The notes below the pieces were generated by a model. The model saw nothing but the letters and a program-made list of their open reading frames with translations. It ran no database searches and was not told the origin of the DNA. The translations under genes and the position numbers were made by a program. Shown in pieces: positions 12,503 to 22,564 of a DNA stretch of 64,000 nucleotides (positions within the stretch are counted from its first letter, which is position 1; every line of letters begins with the position of its first letter). This DNA comes from Squalus acanthias (taxonomy: Eukaryota): assembly GCA_030390025.1 (NCBI GenBank), contig CM059443.1, positions 40,672,001 to 40,736,000 on the forward strand. Reading direction: 5' to 3'.

Positions 12503-12678
12503 AGGTCACTCTCACTCTCTCTCGGTCCAGGCGGTCACTCACTCTCGGTCCAGGCGGTCACTCTCTCTCGGTCCAGGCGGTCACTCACTCTCGGTCCAGG
12601 CGGTCACTCTCTCTCGGTCCAGGCGGTCACTCTCTCTCGGTCCAGGCGGTCACTCACTCTCTCTCGGTCCAGGCGGTC
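12503..12678. repeat. About 23-bp minisatellite in the MYO9B 3' UTR
   Basis: cggtcactctctctcggtccagg, about 7 copies. Confidence 0.9.
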
Positions 12679-12775
12679 AGCGGTATGACAAGGGGGAGGC
12701 GGTAAACTGGTTCCGCGAGGTGTGCGTATAAACCGGGAATGTCCAGCACACCTGCTCCCGGAGTCAGCGGGAACT

Positions 12776-13272
12776 TTACAGGCTGGAGTCATCCGTTTCG
12801 TGAGGAAGTTCCAACAGCGGGTCGGAAAACCTCCGCTGGACCTTGGCCGGAGTGGGTTTGGCCTCGTCGGCCTGAGCAGTGGCCTGTGGCAGTTCGACCT
12901 CCCGCGCAGCGACGTACATTGAGCGGATGTTGTCAGATCGCCGCGAGGGCATCTCGCGCCGTCTCAGAGTGACTGCCAGCGGGTGCTGCTGCCCGTCCCC
13001 GGTGCCAGGGCTCACCGGGACGGCGCCCGTGGTGCTGACCATGCCAGGAGGCAGTTTGATGTTCCCCGTGGGCAGCGCGGCATTGCGCCGGGGCAGCCTG
13101 ATGCTCGCGAGCATGGAGAACGCGCGCCGCTGCATGATGGGAGGGCGAGCTGGCAGAGACTCGTGTTCAGTCGGGGGGGAGACGCGCTCTTTGACGGCGG
13201 GCGGAGGCTGGAGCGCAGACACGGACCGAAGCGAACGTCGGAGACTTCCTGTGAACTGGAACACTGCTGGAC
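12776..13272 (-). CDS. MYO9B: MYO9B last exon (proline-rich tail)
   Basis: ctctccag acceptor, phase 1; LPRRNAALPTGNIKLPPG, RRREMPSRRSDNIRSMYV and RRFSDP resemble the human MYO9B tail. Confidence 0.9.
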
Positions 13273-13538
13273 CTGGAGAGAGACAAAGAGAAAGCGTTTA
13301 CTCATTCACACCGTCTCCCCGGAGCTCGCCCGTTTCTCCGGGGCCCCCCCACAAACACCCGTTTCTCCGGAGCCCACCCCCCGCAGACGCCTGTCTCCCC
13401 ACTTCCTGTACGCAGACTCCCCGGCGCACTGCCCAATTACAATTGTACTCCGAGCCTGAGCTGACCCCACAGCCACTGCAGGTGAAAGAACCTCAGAAAT
13501 ACAGAAGTACACAAGATTGCAACCTACTTTTTACTGAC

Positions 13539-13666
13539 CTCCGGACTCTGGGTGCCCCGGTCGATCATCGAGGAGACTCTCCATACTGAGGGAGGCCTCC
13601 GAGTCCATGTTTTCCTCATCGGAGCCCCTCTGCTCTAACTCCGGGAGCTCGAGGGTCAGCTGATCT
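13539..13666 (-). CDS. MYO9B: MYO9B exon
   Basis: cccgcag| and G|gtcagt; DQLTLELPELEQRGSDEENMDSEASLSMESLLDDR. Confidence 0.9.
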
Positions 13667-13807
13667 CTGCGGGATGGAGCAGAGAAACAGAGAGAGTTTT
13701 ACTGGACCGCAAGAGCCCAGTGCCCAGCCTGTGCGGAATGAGAGCAGATCCCGGGCTCTCAGTACGAGGACACTGGGATTAGCCTTGGGTAGTGAGGGAG
13801 GACCTCG

Positions 13808-14340
13808 GTGTCCGTGGAACCTGTACCCCAGTGAGAGTCAGTGTCTGTGGAACCCATACCCCAGTGAGAGTCAGTGCCTGTGGAACCCGTACCCCAGTGA
13901 GAGTCAGTGCGTGTGGAACCCGTACCCCAGTGAGAGTCAGTGTCTGTGGAACCCGTACCCCAGTGAGAGTCAGTGTCTGTGGAACCCGTACCCCAGTGAG
14001 AGTCAGTGTCTGTGGAACCCGTACCCCAGTGAGAGTCAGTGTCTGTGGAACCCGTACCCCAGTGAGAGTCAGTGTCTGTGGAACCCACACCCCAGTGAGA
14101 GTCAGTGCCTGTGGAACCCGTACCCCAGTGAGAGTCAGTGTGTGGGGAACCTGTACCCCAGTGAGAGTCAGTGTGTGTGGAACCTGTACCCCAGTGAGAG
14201 TCAGTGTCTGTGGAACCCGTACCCCAGTGAGAGTCAGTGTGTGGGGAACCTGTACCCCAGTGAGAGTCAGTGTCTGTGGAACCCGTACCCCAGTGAGAGT
14301 CAGTGTCTGTGGAACCCGTACCCCAGTGAGAGTCAGTGCC
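13808..14340. repeat. 33-bp minisatellite, about 16 copies
   Basis: gtggaacccgtaccccagtgagagtcagtgtct. Confidence 0.95.
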
Positions 14341-14368
14341 CCTCAGTATGGTGCTCCCCTCGACTGAC

Positions 14369-14511
14369 CTCTCCTGCTTTATCGACTGGATTCGCTCGAT
14401 CAGAATTTCCTCTTCGTGTTCCATGTCCGTGTCGGAAGGCTCTTCCTCATCCAGACTTACCAACTTTGGGGTATTCTCCGCATCAGGTTTTGGGGTCCGA
14501 GGTCCTTTGCT
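14369..14511 (-). CDS. MYO9B: MYO9B exon (coiled coil)
   Basis: cttttag| and AG|gtcagt; SKGPRT...EEEILIERIQSIKQE. Confidence 0.88.
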
Positions 14512-15417
14512 CTAAAAGGGGGGCGGGGGAAGAAGATGGTGATTGTTACTGAGCTCCTTGTGGTGCCAGGCTCTATCCGGGGCCTGTGCTGAGCTACCAG
14601 ACCACAGCCAGGGTGGCGATGGGTCCCGGGGGCCCCAGGATTGTTGTGGACAAGGGCTAGAAATCAGTCAGGGACCCTGCTCCTGACCCAGAGACTCCTG
14701 TGTGCATGCGGACAGGGTTGGGGCTTGCTGTGAAGCCCCCCCCGGTACAATATCCTGCCGATACTCACCCTCCAAGCTCACACGGGCTCGGGGGGGGGGG
14801 GTGTCGTCTGTTGAACTAGCCCAGGAAGAGGCTTCATGAGTGGATTTGGGGGGGGGTGTGGGTAATGTAAATGATCCCACCCACAGACAGTTCCTTGGTG
14901 TTTCTCCCCAGGGTGGTGTCCAGTTCCTGGCTGGGTGGGAGTCGGAGTGAGGGGATGCGGGGGGTTGATGGGAGTGAGGGATGGGGGTGGGGGGTGACGA
15001 GAGGGGGGTGGGGGTGACGGGGGTTGGGGGCGAGGGGAATCTCCAGTCAGACGTTGGCCACGCTGCTTCCTCTCCGAGATTTGCCCCACACTTTTAGTGA
15101 ATCAATCTCTCCCCCCCCCCCACCAAATGTTTGTGGCTGAGATCAGGGAACATTGGGGGCAATTAATAACGAACCCTGACCCCGCTTGCAGTCACGCCCA
15201 AGGGGCAGAACGTTGCCTTGGCAGCACCAGGACGATGGGAACAGCGAGGGGGGGCTTGGAGTGTCGAACCAAATCGGGGAGTGTACGGGTCAGTGAGCAG
15301 TGCGAGGTTCAGGGGGCAGGGTTCAGGTCAGTTCCTCGTGGATTGGCATGCGACACACACAACAACAACAACAACAACAACAACAACACATGCGATGCAA
15401 GAGGCGCCTGCTAGTGA

Positions 15418-15555
15418 TGGAGGTCAGTGCGGGGTGGGGTTGGAGGTCAGTGCGGGAAGGGTTGGAGGTCAGCGCGGGAAGGGTTGGAGGTCAGCGCGGG
15501 AAGGGTTGGAGGTCAGCGCGGGAAGGGGTTGGAGGTCAGTGCGGGGTGGGGTTGG
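15418..15555. repeat. 22-bp minisatellite, preceded by (aac)n at 15360-15388
   Basis: ggaggtcagcgcgggaagggtt. Confidence 0.85.
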
Positions 15556-15628
15556 GTGACATGCGAGAACCATGGAATGAAGACAGAGCATGCGGAGAAA
15601 GGGTCAACCGAACTAGCCCAGTACCTAC

Positions 15629-15676
15629 CAGCACCCCATCGCATGGAGTAGAGAACCCAACTTCAAGAGGCCAAAG
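15629..15676 (-). CDS. MYO9B: MYO9B 48-nt exon
   Basis: ctctccag| and CTG|gtaggt; LWPLEVGFSTPCDGVL versus mammalian PWPLKLGFSSPYEGVL. Confidence 0.85.
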
Positions 15677-16133
15677 CTGGAGAGCGAGAGCGAGGGAGAG
15701 AGAGAAAAGGCACCAAACTCAGTCCCAATCATCACCGTCACAACCAGGTACGAAAACGTCAACAGAGCAAATTCTTCAACCACTCCCACAACAAAGGACC
15801 AGCCTCTCGCTTCCAGTCACTGCCCACTCCCCGCCCCTCCCACTCCCCGCTCCCAGTCCGGTGACCCAGATGCCCCAGACCCACCAGGGCATCCGTCACT
15901 CTCGGCCTCTGTTCGATTGGAATTTCTGATCAGGACAGAGGCTGGAACACCAAATCCCGACTAAAAAAACCGGGATGGACAACCGATCAAAACTGAAGTT
16001 ACGAAGAGACGAATCCCCAAAGAGACACTCCTCCGGTTCAAAAACAAAGAGTGGGATACAGGCTCGAAGGGCTGAATGGCCTCCTGCTGTTCCTATGTTC
16101 CGAAGCACGGTTACCATAGTTTTACCGACTTAC

Positions 16134-16248
16134 GCGCAGGAGCGAGAGACGTCGGACCGCCAGCTGTTCAGCCGTCTCCAGGTGGGTGATTTCGGCCATT
16201 TTCATTTTGTATTTCCGAATCTGTTCGGTGATCAGGAGCTCGACACAC
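16134..16248 (-). CDS. MYO9B: MYO9B exon (end of RhoGAP and coiled coil)
   Basis: ttggcag| and CGC|gtaagt; [38 protein letters not shown]. Confidence 0.88.
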
Positions 16249-16307
16249 CTGCCAACAAAACACAGAAACTCCCGTCAACCGGAGCAAACCCCATCAGTGC
16301 CGATCAG

Positions 16308-17040
16308 AAAGAAAGACTTGCATTTCTATAGCGCCTTTCTCCAACTCAGGACGTCCCAAAGCGCTTTACAGCCAATTAAGTACTTTTTTGAAGTGTAGTC
16401 ATTGTTGTAATGTAGGAAACACGGCAGCCAATATGCACAGAGCAAGATCCCACAAACAGCAATATGATAATGACCAGATAATTTGTTTTAGTGATGTTGG
16501 TTGAGGGATAAATATTGGCCCAGGACACCGGAGAGAACTCCCCTGCTCTTCTTTGACATAGCACCATGGGATCTATTACGTCCACCTGAGAGAGCAGACA
16601 GGGCCTCAGATTAACGTCTCATCCAAAAGACGGCACCTCCGACAGTGCAGCACTCCCTCAGTACTGCCCCTCTGACAGTGCGGCGCTCCCTCAGTACTGC
16701 CCCTCCGACAGTGCAGCGCTCCCTCAGTACTGCCCCTCCGACAGTGCAGCACTCCCTCAGTACTGCCCCTCCGACAGTGCAGCACTCCCTCAGTACTGCC
16801 CCTCTGACAGTGCGGCGCTCCCTCAGTACTGCCCCTCCGACAGTGCAGCGCTCCCTCAGTACTGCCCCTCCGACAGTGCAGCACTCCCTCAGTACTGCCC
16901 CTCCGACAGTGCGGCGCTCCCTCAGTACTGCACTGGAGTGTCAGCCTAGATTTTTGTGCTCAAGTCTCTGGAGTGGGACTTGAACCCACAACCTTCTGAC
17001 TCAGAGGCGAGAGTGCTGCCCACTGAGCCACAGCCGACAC
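16308..17040 (-). mobile_element. Deu-domain-like tRNA-derived SINE with an internal 33-bp tandem expansion (16639-16930)
   Basis: Colinear with 36353-36813 apart from about 9 copies of ccgacagtgcagcactccctcagtactgcccct; tRNA-like head near 16975-17035. Confidence 0.82.
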
Positions 17041-17395
17041 TGATGGTCCTCCATTTGGCCCCTCGAGCCTGCTCCGCCATTCAATAAAATCATGGCTGAT
17101 CTGATCTTGGCCTCAGCTCCACTTTCCTGCCCACTCCCCTTACCCTCGACTCCCCTATAGTTCAAAAATCTAGCTCCACCTTAAATATATTCAATGACCC
17201 AGCCTCCACAGCTCTCAGTCCTGTTACACACACACACAGTCAGTGCTGGAACACTCAGTCCTGTTACACACACAGTCAGTGCTGGGACACTCAGTCCTGT
17301 TACACACACAGTCAGTGCTGGGACACTCAGTCCTGTTACACACACACACACTCAGTATTAGTTTCACGGTGGAATAGGAGAAGCTGAAGACTCAC

Positions 17396-17527
17396 ATGGT
17401 TGTCTTAGAGACGTCTTTCATGCTCATCAGCGGGTCGGAGCTGTCTGGTGAACGGAGAACACATGGTGCAAAGACGATCGCCAGAGCGTTGGGAGACATG
17501 CGATTCATCTCTTCCAATACAGCCACT
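17396..17527 (-). CDS. MYO9B: MYO9B RhoGAP exon
   Basis: gtttcag| and AT|gtgagt; [43 protein letters not shown]. Confidence 0.93.
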
Positions 17528-17637
17528 CTGAAACCAAGAGCACCATCATCACAAGGGAACTCACTCCAACCTCGCACCACCAGTCAGGAACAGAGAGTTC
17601 AGGGCCATATTCTGACCTCTGGGAAGTGACAGGAAGT

Positions 17638-18014
17638 AGCTGGGAGTGGTCGGGTGAAGGTTTGGTCCGCTGGGACTGGTCGGGTGAAGGTTTGGTCCGC
17701 TGGGACTGGTCGGGTGACGGTTTGGTCCGCTGGGACTGGTCGGGTGAAGGTTTGGTCCGCTGGGACTGGTTGGGTGAAGGTTTGGTCCGCTGGGACTGGC
17801 TGGGTGAAGGTTTGGTCCGCTGGGACTGGCCGGGTGAAGGTTTGGTCCGCTGGGACTGGCCGGGTGAAGGTTTGGTCCGCTGGGACTGGCCGGGTGAAGG
17901 TTTGGTCCGCTGGGACTGGTCGGGTGAAGGTTTGGTCCGCTGGGACTGGTCGGGTGAAGGTTTGGTCCGCTGGGTCCGGTCGGGTGAAGGTTTGGTCCGC
18001 TGGGACTGGTCGGG
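17638..18014. repeat. 30-bp minisatellite, about 12 copies
   Basis: gctgggactggtcgggtgaaggtttggtcc. Confidence 0.95.
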
Positions 18015-18019
18015 ATTCT

Positions 18020-18960
18020 GCATTTATTCACAACGCCTTTAACATAGAAAACTCCCACAAGGCACTTCACAGGAGTGCAGACAAAAATGGATGCCAAGAC
18101 AAAGGAGGAGATATTAGGACAGGTGACCAAAAGCTTGGTCAAATGGTGATTTTAAGGAGTGTCAAAGAAGGCGAGAGAGGAGGAGAGGCTTAGGGAGGGA
18201 ATTCCAGAGCTTAGGGCCTTGGCAGCTGAAGGCACGGCCACCAAGGAAGAGAAGGATGCCCAACAGGCCAGAGGCAGTGGAATGCAGAATTCAGGGTGGT
18301 GATGGCGAGTGGGACTTGGTGCGAGTTAGGAGCAGCATTTTGGATGAGCTGAAGTTTAGAGGGTGCAAGGTGGGAGGCCGGCCAGGAGTGTGTTGGAATA
18401 GTCAAGTCTGGAGGTAACAAAGGCATGGATGAGGGTTTCAGCAGCGGATGAGTTGAGGCAGGGGCGGAGACGGGCGATGTTATGGAGGTCGAAGTAGGCG
18501 GTCTTGGTGATGGAGAGGATGTCGGGTTGGAAGCTCAGCTCTGGGTCGAATAGGACATCGAGATTGCGATCAGTCTGGTTCAACCTGAGACAGTGGCCAG
18601 GGAGGAAGATGGACTCCATGCCGAGGGTATGGAGTTTGTGGTGGGGACCAAAGACAATGGTTTCAGTCTTACCAATGTTTAGCTCGAACAAGTAGGCTGA
18701 CAACACAGAGGCAGTAGAGAGGTCAAGCGAGGTGGTGGAGAGGCGTACCTGGGTATCGTGAGCGTACATGTGGAACCTGACCCCATGGCTGTGGATGTCA
18801 TCGCCAAGAGCCAACATGGAGAGGAGGAAGATACGGGGGCCAAGGATAGATCCTTGGGGACTCGAGGTAATGGTGCAGGGTGGAAAGCGAAGCCTTTGCT
18901 GGAGATGCTCTGGCTACGATTGGATAGGCTAAAAGTGGAACCAAGCGAGGACAGTCCCAC
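18020..18960 (-). mobile_element. L2-clade LINE RT fragment
   Basis: FHMYAHDTQ and ETLIHAFVTSRLDYSN motifs. Confidence 0.85.
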
Positions 18961-19889
18961 TGTACAATGGGAGTGATTTGGAAGGAGTTTGGTCCTTTGG
19001 GATTCTACACAATGGGAATGATTGGGTAACGGTTCAGTCCATTGGAATTCTGACAATGTGAGTGAACGGAAAGCATAAAATACAATTTTAAGAAACGTGG
19101 TTTATGAGGATTCGGAGAGTTTTACCAGCTCTTTAAATAGTGTTCTACACTGCACTCTATACAAAAAAAAACTGCAAAGCTCTAATCCCACAATATATAC
19201 AGTAGAACAGAAAGGGCTTGGAGTTTGGTCCATTGGGATTCTGTACCATGGGAATGAATGGGATGCGATTTCGTCTGTTGGAATTCTGACTGTAGAAATG
19301 AATGGGAGATAGTTGCATTTGATCCATTGGGATTCTATCCATTGGGAATGAATGGGAAGGGTTTGGGTTTGCTTGGGGCTGGGTACACTGGCATTTCTAC
19401 AGCGCCTTTCACAACCTCAATGTTCCAAAGTGACTTGGAGCCAATGAAGTTGGTTTGAACTGTAGTCACTGTTGTAATGCAGGGAAACTGCTCGTTATTT
19501 GATTTTTTTCAGACGAGCTGATTGCTTAAAGCTGCACAGAACTCAATGAATCAAAATACATTTCCATTTTTATGAAACTATCAATAGTTTATGGAGTGTT
19601 TGGAACAAATTAACTCACTGCCAAACCAGATGGCAGACTGCCAAACTCACTGGGGATTCCAGAACTGGACAAACAATCAGCCTGGCACGGCTGGTCGAGT
19701 GTCGCAGGGGCCGAGTCTTCACAGACTGAGTCAGGGGGCAATCAGATCCCAATGTGGGGGAACAGCCGACGACGCCCGTCCCTCTCTGGGGGCGAGGGGG
19801 CTCCAACTTGGCCAGCACTTGACAATTTGGAGGATATGAGACTGATTATATGGGAAATCTTGGGTATAACCCCCGCCTCTCTTTCCACC

Positions 19890-20492
19890 ACTCCCACCGA
19901 GAGTGTGACCCCCCGAACCGCCCCCTGCCCAGAGCGTGACCCCCTCCCCTCCCCCTCCCCCCAGAGCATGACCCCCCTGCCCCATCCCCTGCCCAGAGCA
20001 TGACCCCCCGCCCCTCCCCCCACGAGAGCGTGACCCCCCGCCCCCAGAGCGTGGCCCCCGTGCCTCCCCCGCCCAGAGCGTGACCCCTGCTCCTCCCCCC
20101 CCAGAGAGCGTGACCCCTGCTCCTCCCCCCCCAGAGCAGTGACCCCCGAACCTCCCCCCGCCCAGAGCATGACCCCCGCCCCACCGAGAGCGTGACCCCT
20201 GCCCCTCCCCCGCCCAGACCATGACCCCCGCCCCTCCCCCCACTGAGAGCGTGACCCCTGCCCCTCCCCCCCACCCAGAGCGTCTCCCCTGCCCAGTGCG
20301 TGACCCCCGCCCCTTCCCCCACCCAGAGCGTGACCCCGCCCCTCCCCCCACGAGCGTGACCCCGCCCCTCCCCCGAGAGTGTGACCCCTGCCCCTCCCCC
20401 ACCGAGCGTGCCCCCTGCCCCCCCACCGAGAGCGTGACCCCTCCCCCGCCCCCCCCCACGCAGAGAGTGACTCCCCCGCCCCCTCCCCCCCT
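19890..20492. repeat. C-rich degenerate minisatellite (G-rich on the MYO9B sense strand)
   Basis: Recurring agagcgtgacccc core separated by C-runs. Confidence 0.9.
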
Positions 20493-20611
20493 GGAGGAGG
20501 CAGAGGCTCCTGGTCCGAGAGTTTAGGGTTCGAATATTGACTTTCACCAGAAGCAGCCCGTTCTAAACACCCCGTCGCTATGGTTACCCCACTTTCCAGC
20601 GCCCCTCTTAC

Positions 20612-20717
20612 TTGACCAGATGGAAGATGAGGCGTTCGAGCGTGCAGTAGCTGTGGCTAGGCAGCTGGTCCAAGACATTGTAAACCGCCTGTAACTGCTC
20701 CTGTCTCCCTGGGTGTT
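20612..20717 (-). CDS. MYO9B: MYO9B RhoGAP exon
   Basis: ccttcag| and AA|gtaaga; [36 protein letters not shown]. Confidence 0.92.
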
Positions 20718-20754
20718 CTGAAGGAGAAAGGGAAAGCGAATTAAACAACACAGG

Positions 20755-21600
20755 AGTGTGAAGTGATGCATTTTGGTAGGAAGAATGAGGAGAGGCAATA
20801 TAAACTAAATGGTATAATTTAAAGGGGAGGGGGTGGGCAGGAACGGAGAGACCTGGGGGTGTATGTACACAAGTCTTTGAAGGTGACAGGACAAGTTGAG
20901 AAGGCTGTTAAAGTAAGGCTTTATTAATAGATGTGAGAAGTTGCACAACACCAGGTTATAGTCCAACAGTTTTATTTGAAATCACAATCTTTCGGAGCGC
21001 TGCTCCTTCGTCAGGTGATTAATAGAGGCATAGAGTACAGAAGCAAGGAAGTTATGCTAAACCTTTATAAATCACTGGTTAGGCCCCAGCTGGAATAGTG
21101 TCCCCAATTCTGGGCACCACACTTCAGGAAGGATGTCGAAGCCTTGGAGAGGGTGCAGAGAGATTTACTAGAATGGTCCCAGGGATGAGGGATTACAGTT
21201 ACGAGAAGACATTGGAGAAGCTGGGGATTGTTATCCTTAGAGCAGAGAAGGTTAAGAGTAGACTTGATTGGTGTTCAAAATTATGAAGGGTTTTGATAGA
21301 GTAAATAAGGAGAAACTGTTTCCAGTGGCAGGAGGGTCGGTAACCAGAGGACACAGATTTAAGGTGATTTGCAAAAGAACCAGAGGGGAGATGAAGAGAA
21401 TTTTTTTAACGCAGCGGTGGAAGCAGATTCAATAATAACTTTCAAAAGGGAATTGGAGAAATACTTGAAGGGGAAACATGTGTAGGACTATGGGGAAAGA
21501 GCAGGGGAGTGGGACTATTTGGAGAGCTCTTTCAAAGAGCCGGCACAGGCACGATGGGCCGAATGGCCTCCTTCTGTGCTGTAAGATTCTAGGATTCTTA
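20755..21600 (+). mobile_element. CR1 3' fragment carrying a nested insertion
   Basis: [10 protein letters not shown] coding motif and CR1 tail. Confidence 0.88.
20931..21018 (-). mobile_element. 88-bp hammerhead-bearing insertion; hammerhead motif at 20982-21018 has a helix III substitution
   Basis: Near identical to 10514-10601; target-site duplication attaataga (20923-20931, 21018-21026). Confidence 0.82.
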
Positions 21601-21649
21601 GCTCAGAACTGCAAAATACCCAACAGTAATACAAACCACTGTGACTCAC

Positions 21650-21778
21650 CAATAGCACGCAGGAAGTCGCTGTACAGGGCAAAGGTCATTAGCGGGATCG
21701 GAAGTTCACGGAGCCACTGTTTAAGCACCCCTGTGATAGCATGAATGTGGTACGTCTCCAAACCCACCGACATGGGGT
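21650..21778 (-). CDS. MYO9B: MYO9B RhoGAP exon
   Basis: gtttcag| and G|gtgagt; [43 protein letters not shown]. Confidence 0.94.
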
Positions 21779-21831
21779 CTGAAACACAGAGCAACACAAA
21801 CATTTCAATCAAACACACGATTGCAGTCTCC

Positions 21832-22140
21832 ACGGGTTAGATACAAAGTAAAGCTCCCTCTACACTGTCCCATCAAACACTCCCAGGGCAGGTACAGCAC
21901 GGGTTAGATACAGAGTGAAACTCCCTCTACACTGCCCCATCAAACACTCCCTGGGCAGGTACAGCATGGGTTAGATACAGAGTAAAGCTCCCTCTACACT
22001 GCCCCATCAAACACTCCCTGGGCAGGTACAGCATGGGTTAGATACAGAGTAAAGCTCCCTCTACACTGTCCCATCAAACACTCCCAGGGCAGGTACAGCA
22101 CGGGTTAGATACAGAGTAAAGCTCCCTCTACACTGTCCCT
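21832..22140 (-). repeat. 65-bp tandem repeat, about 4.7 copies
   Basis: Reverse complement of the unit at 3253-3440. Confidence 0.9.
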
Positions 22141-22268
22141 CAGGGTAATTCTGATATACACTGACGCTGGATGTATTTGGTTGGTTCTCAGTCATGGCTA
22201 ACGTTCCCTCACTGATGTTCACTCCACATCGCTCCGACACTGAAAGCAACATGAGCACCACGACCCAC

Positions 22269-22461
22269 CCTCTTCCAGCCGCTGCCGTAGCTCCTTCATC
22301 TTGTTGGCTGCACCAGACTTGCGGTAAATTCCCTCGGTGTACAGTCCGTGCATTTCCACATATTCCAGCAGCATCTCCATCACCATGGGCACCATCTGGT
22401 TCTCGTCAGTCAGTGAGCACAGCTCTACTCCGAAATGCCGGGACGCCAGGTCAGGGTCATT
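22269..22461 (-). CDS. MYO9B: MYO9B RhoGAP exon with the arginine finger
   Basis: ttgtcag| and G|gtgggt; [10 protein letters not shown]...[30 protein letters not shown]. Confidence 0.94.
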
Positions 22462-22564
22462 CTGACAACAGGGAAGAATACAGTGAGTTAGACTGGCAGT
22501 GCCACAGCTCACCGTGTGCTGCTGACGCGCTCGTAGTGCCACGTGGGCAGTGTCAGTGCCGCCT

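Noticed and set aside
12879-13589. 236-aa + strand ORF
   Set aside because: Antisense shadow of GC-rich MYO9B exons.
13808-14340. CRISPR-like regular repeats here and at 17638, 27938 and 61867
   Set aside because: No unique spacers, no cas genes, and a eukaryotic intronic context.
14769-14816. Possible extra MYO9B exon ending G|gtgagt
   Set aside because: Weak acceptor, C homopolymer, no resemblance to MYO9B, and not needed for frame.
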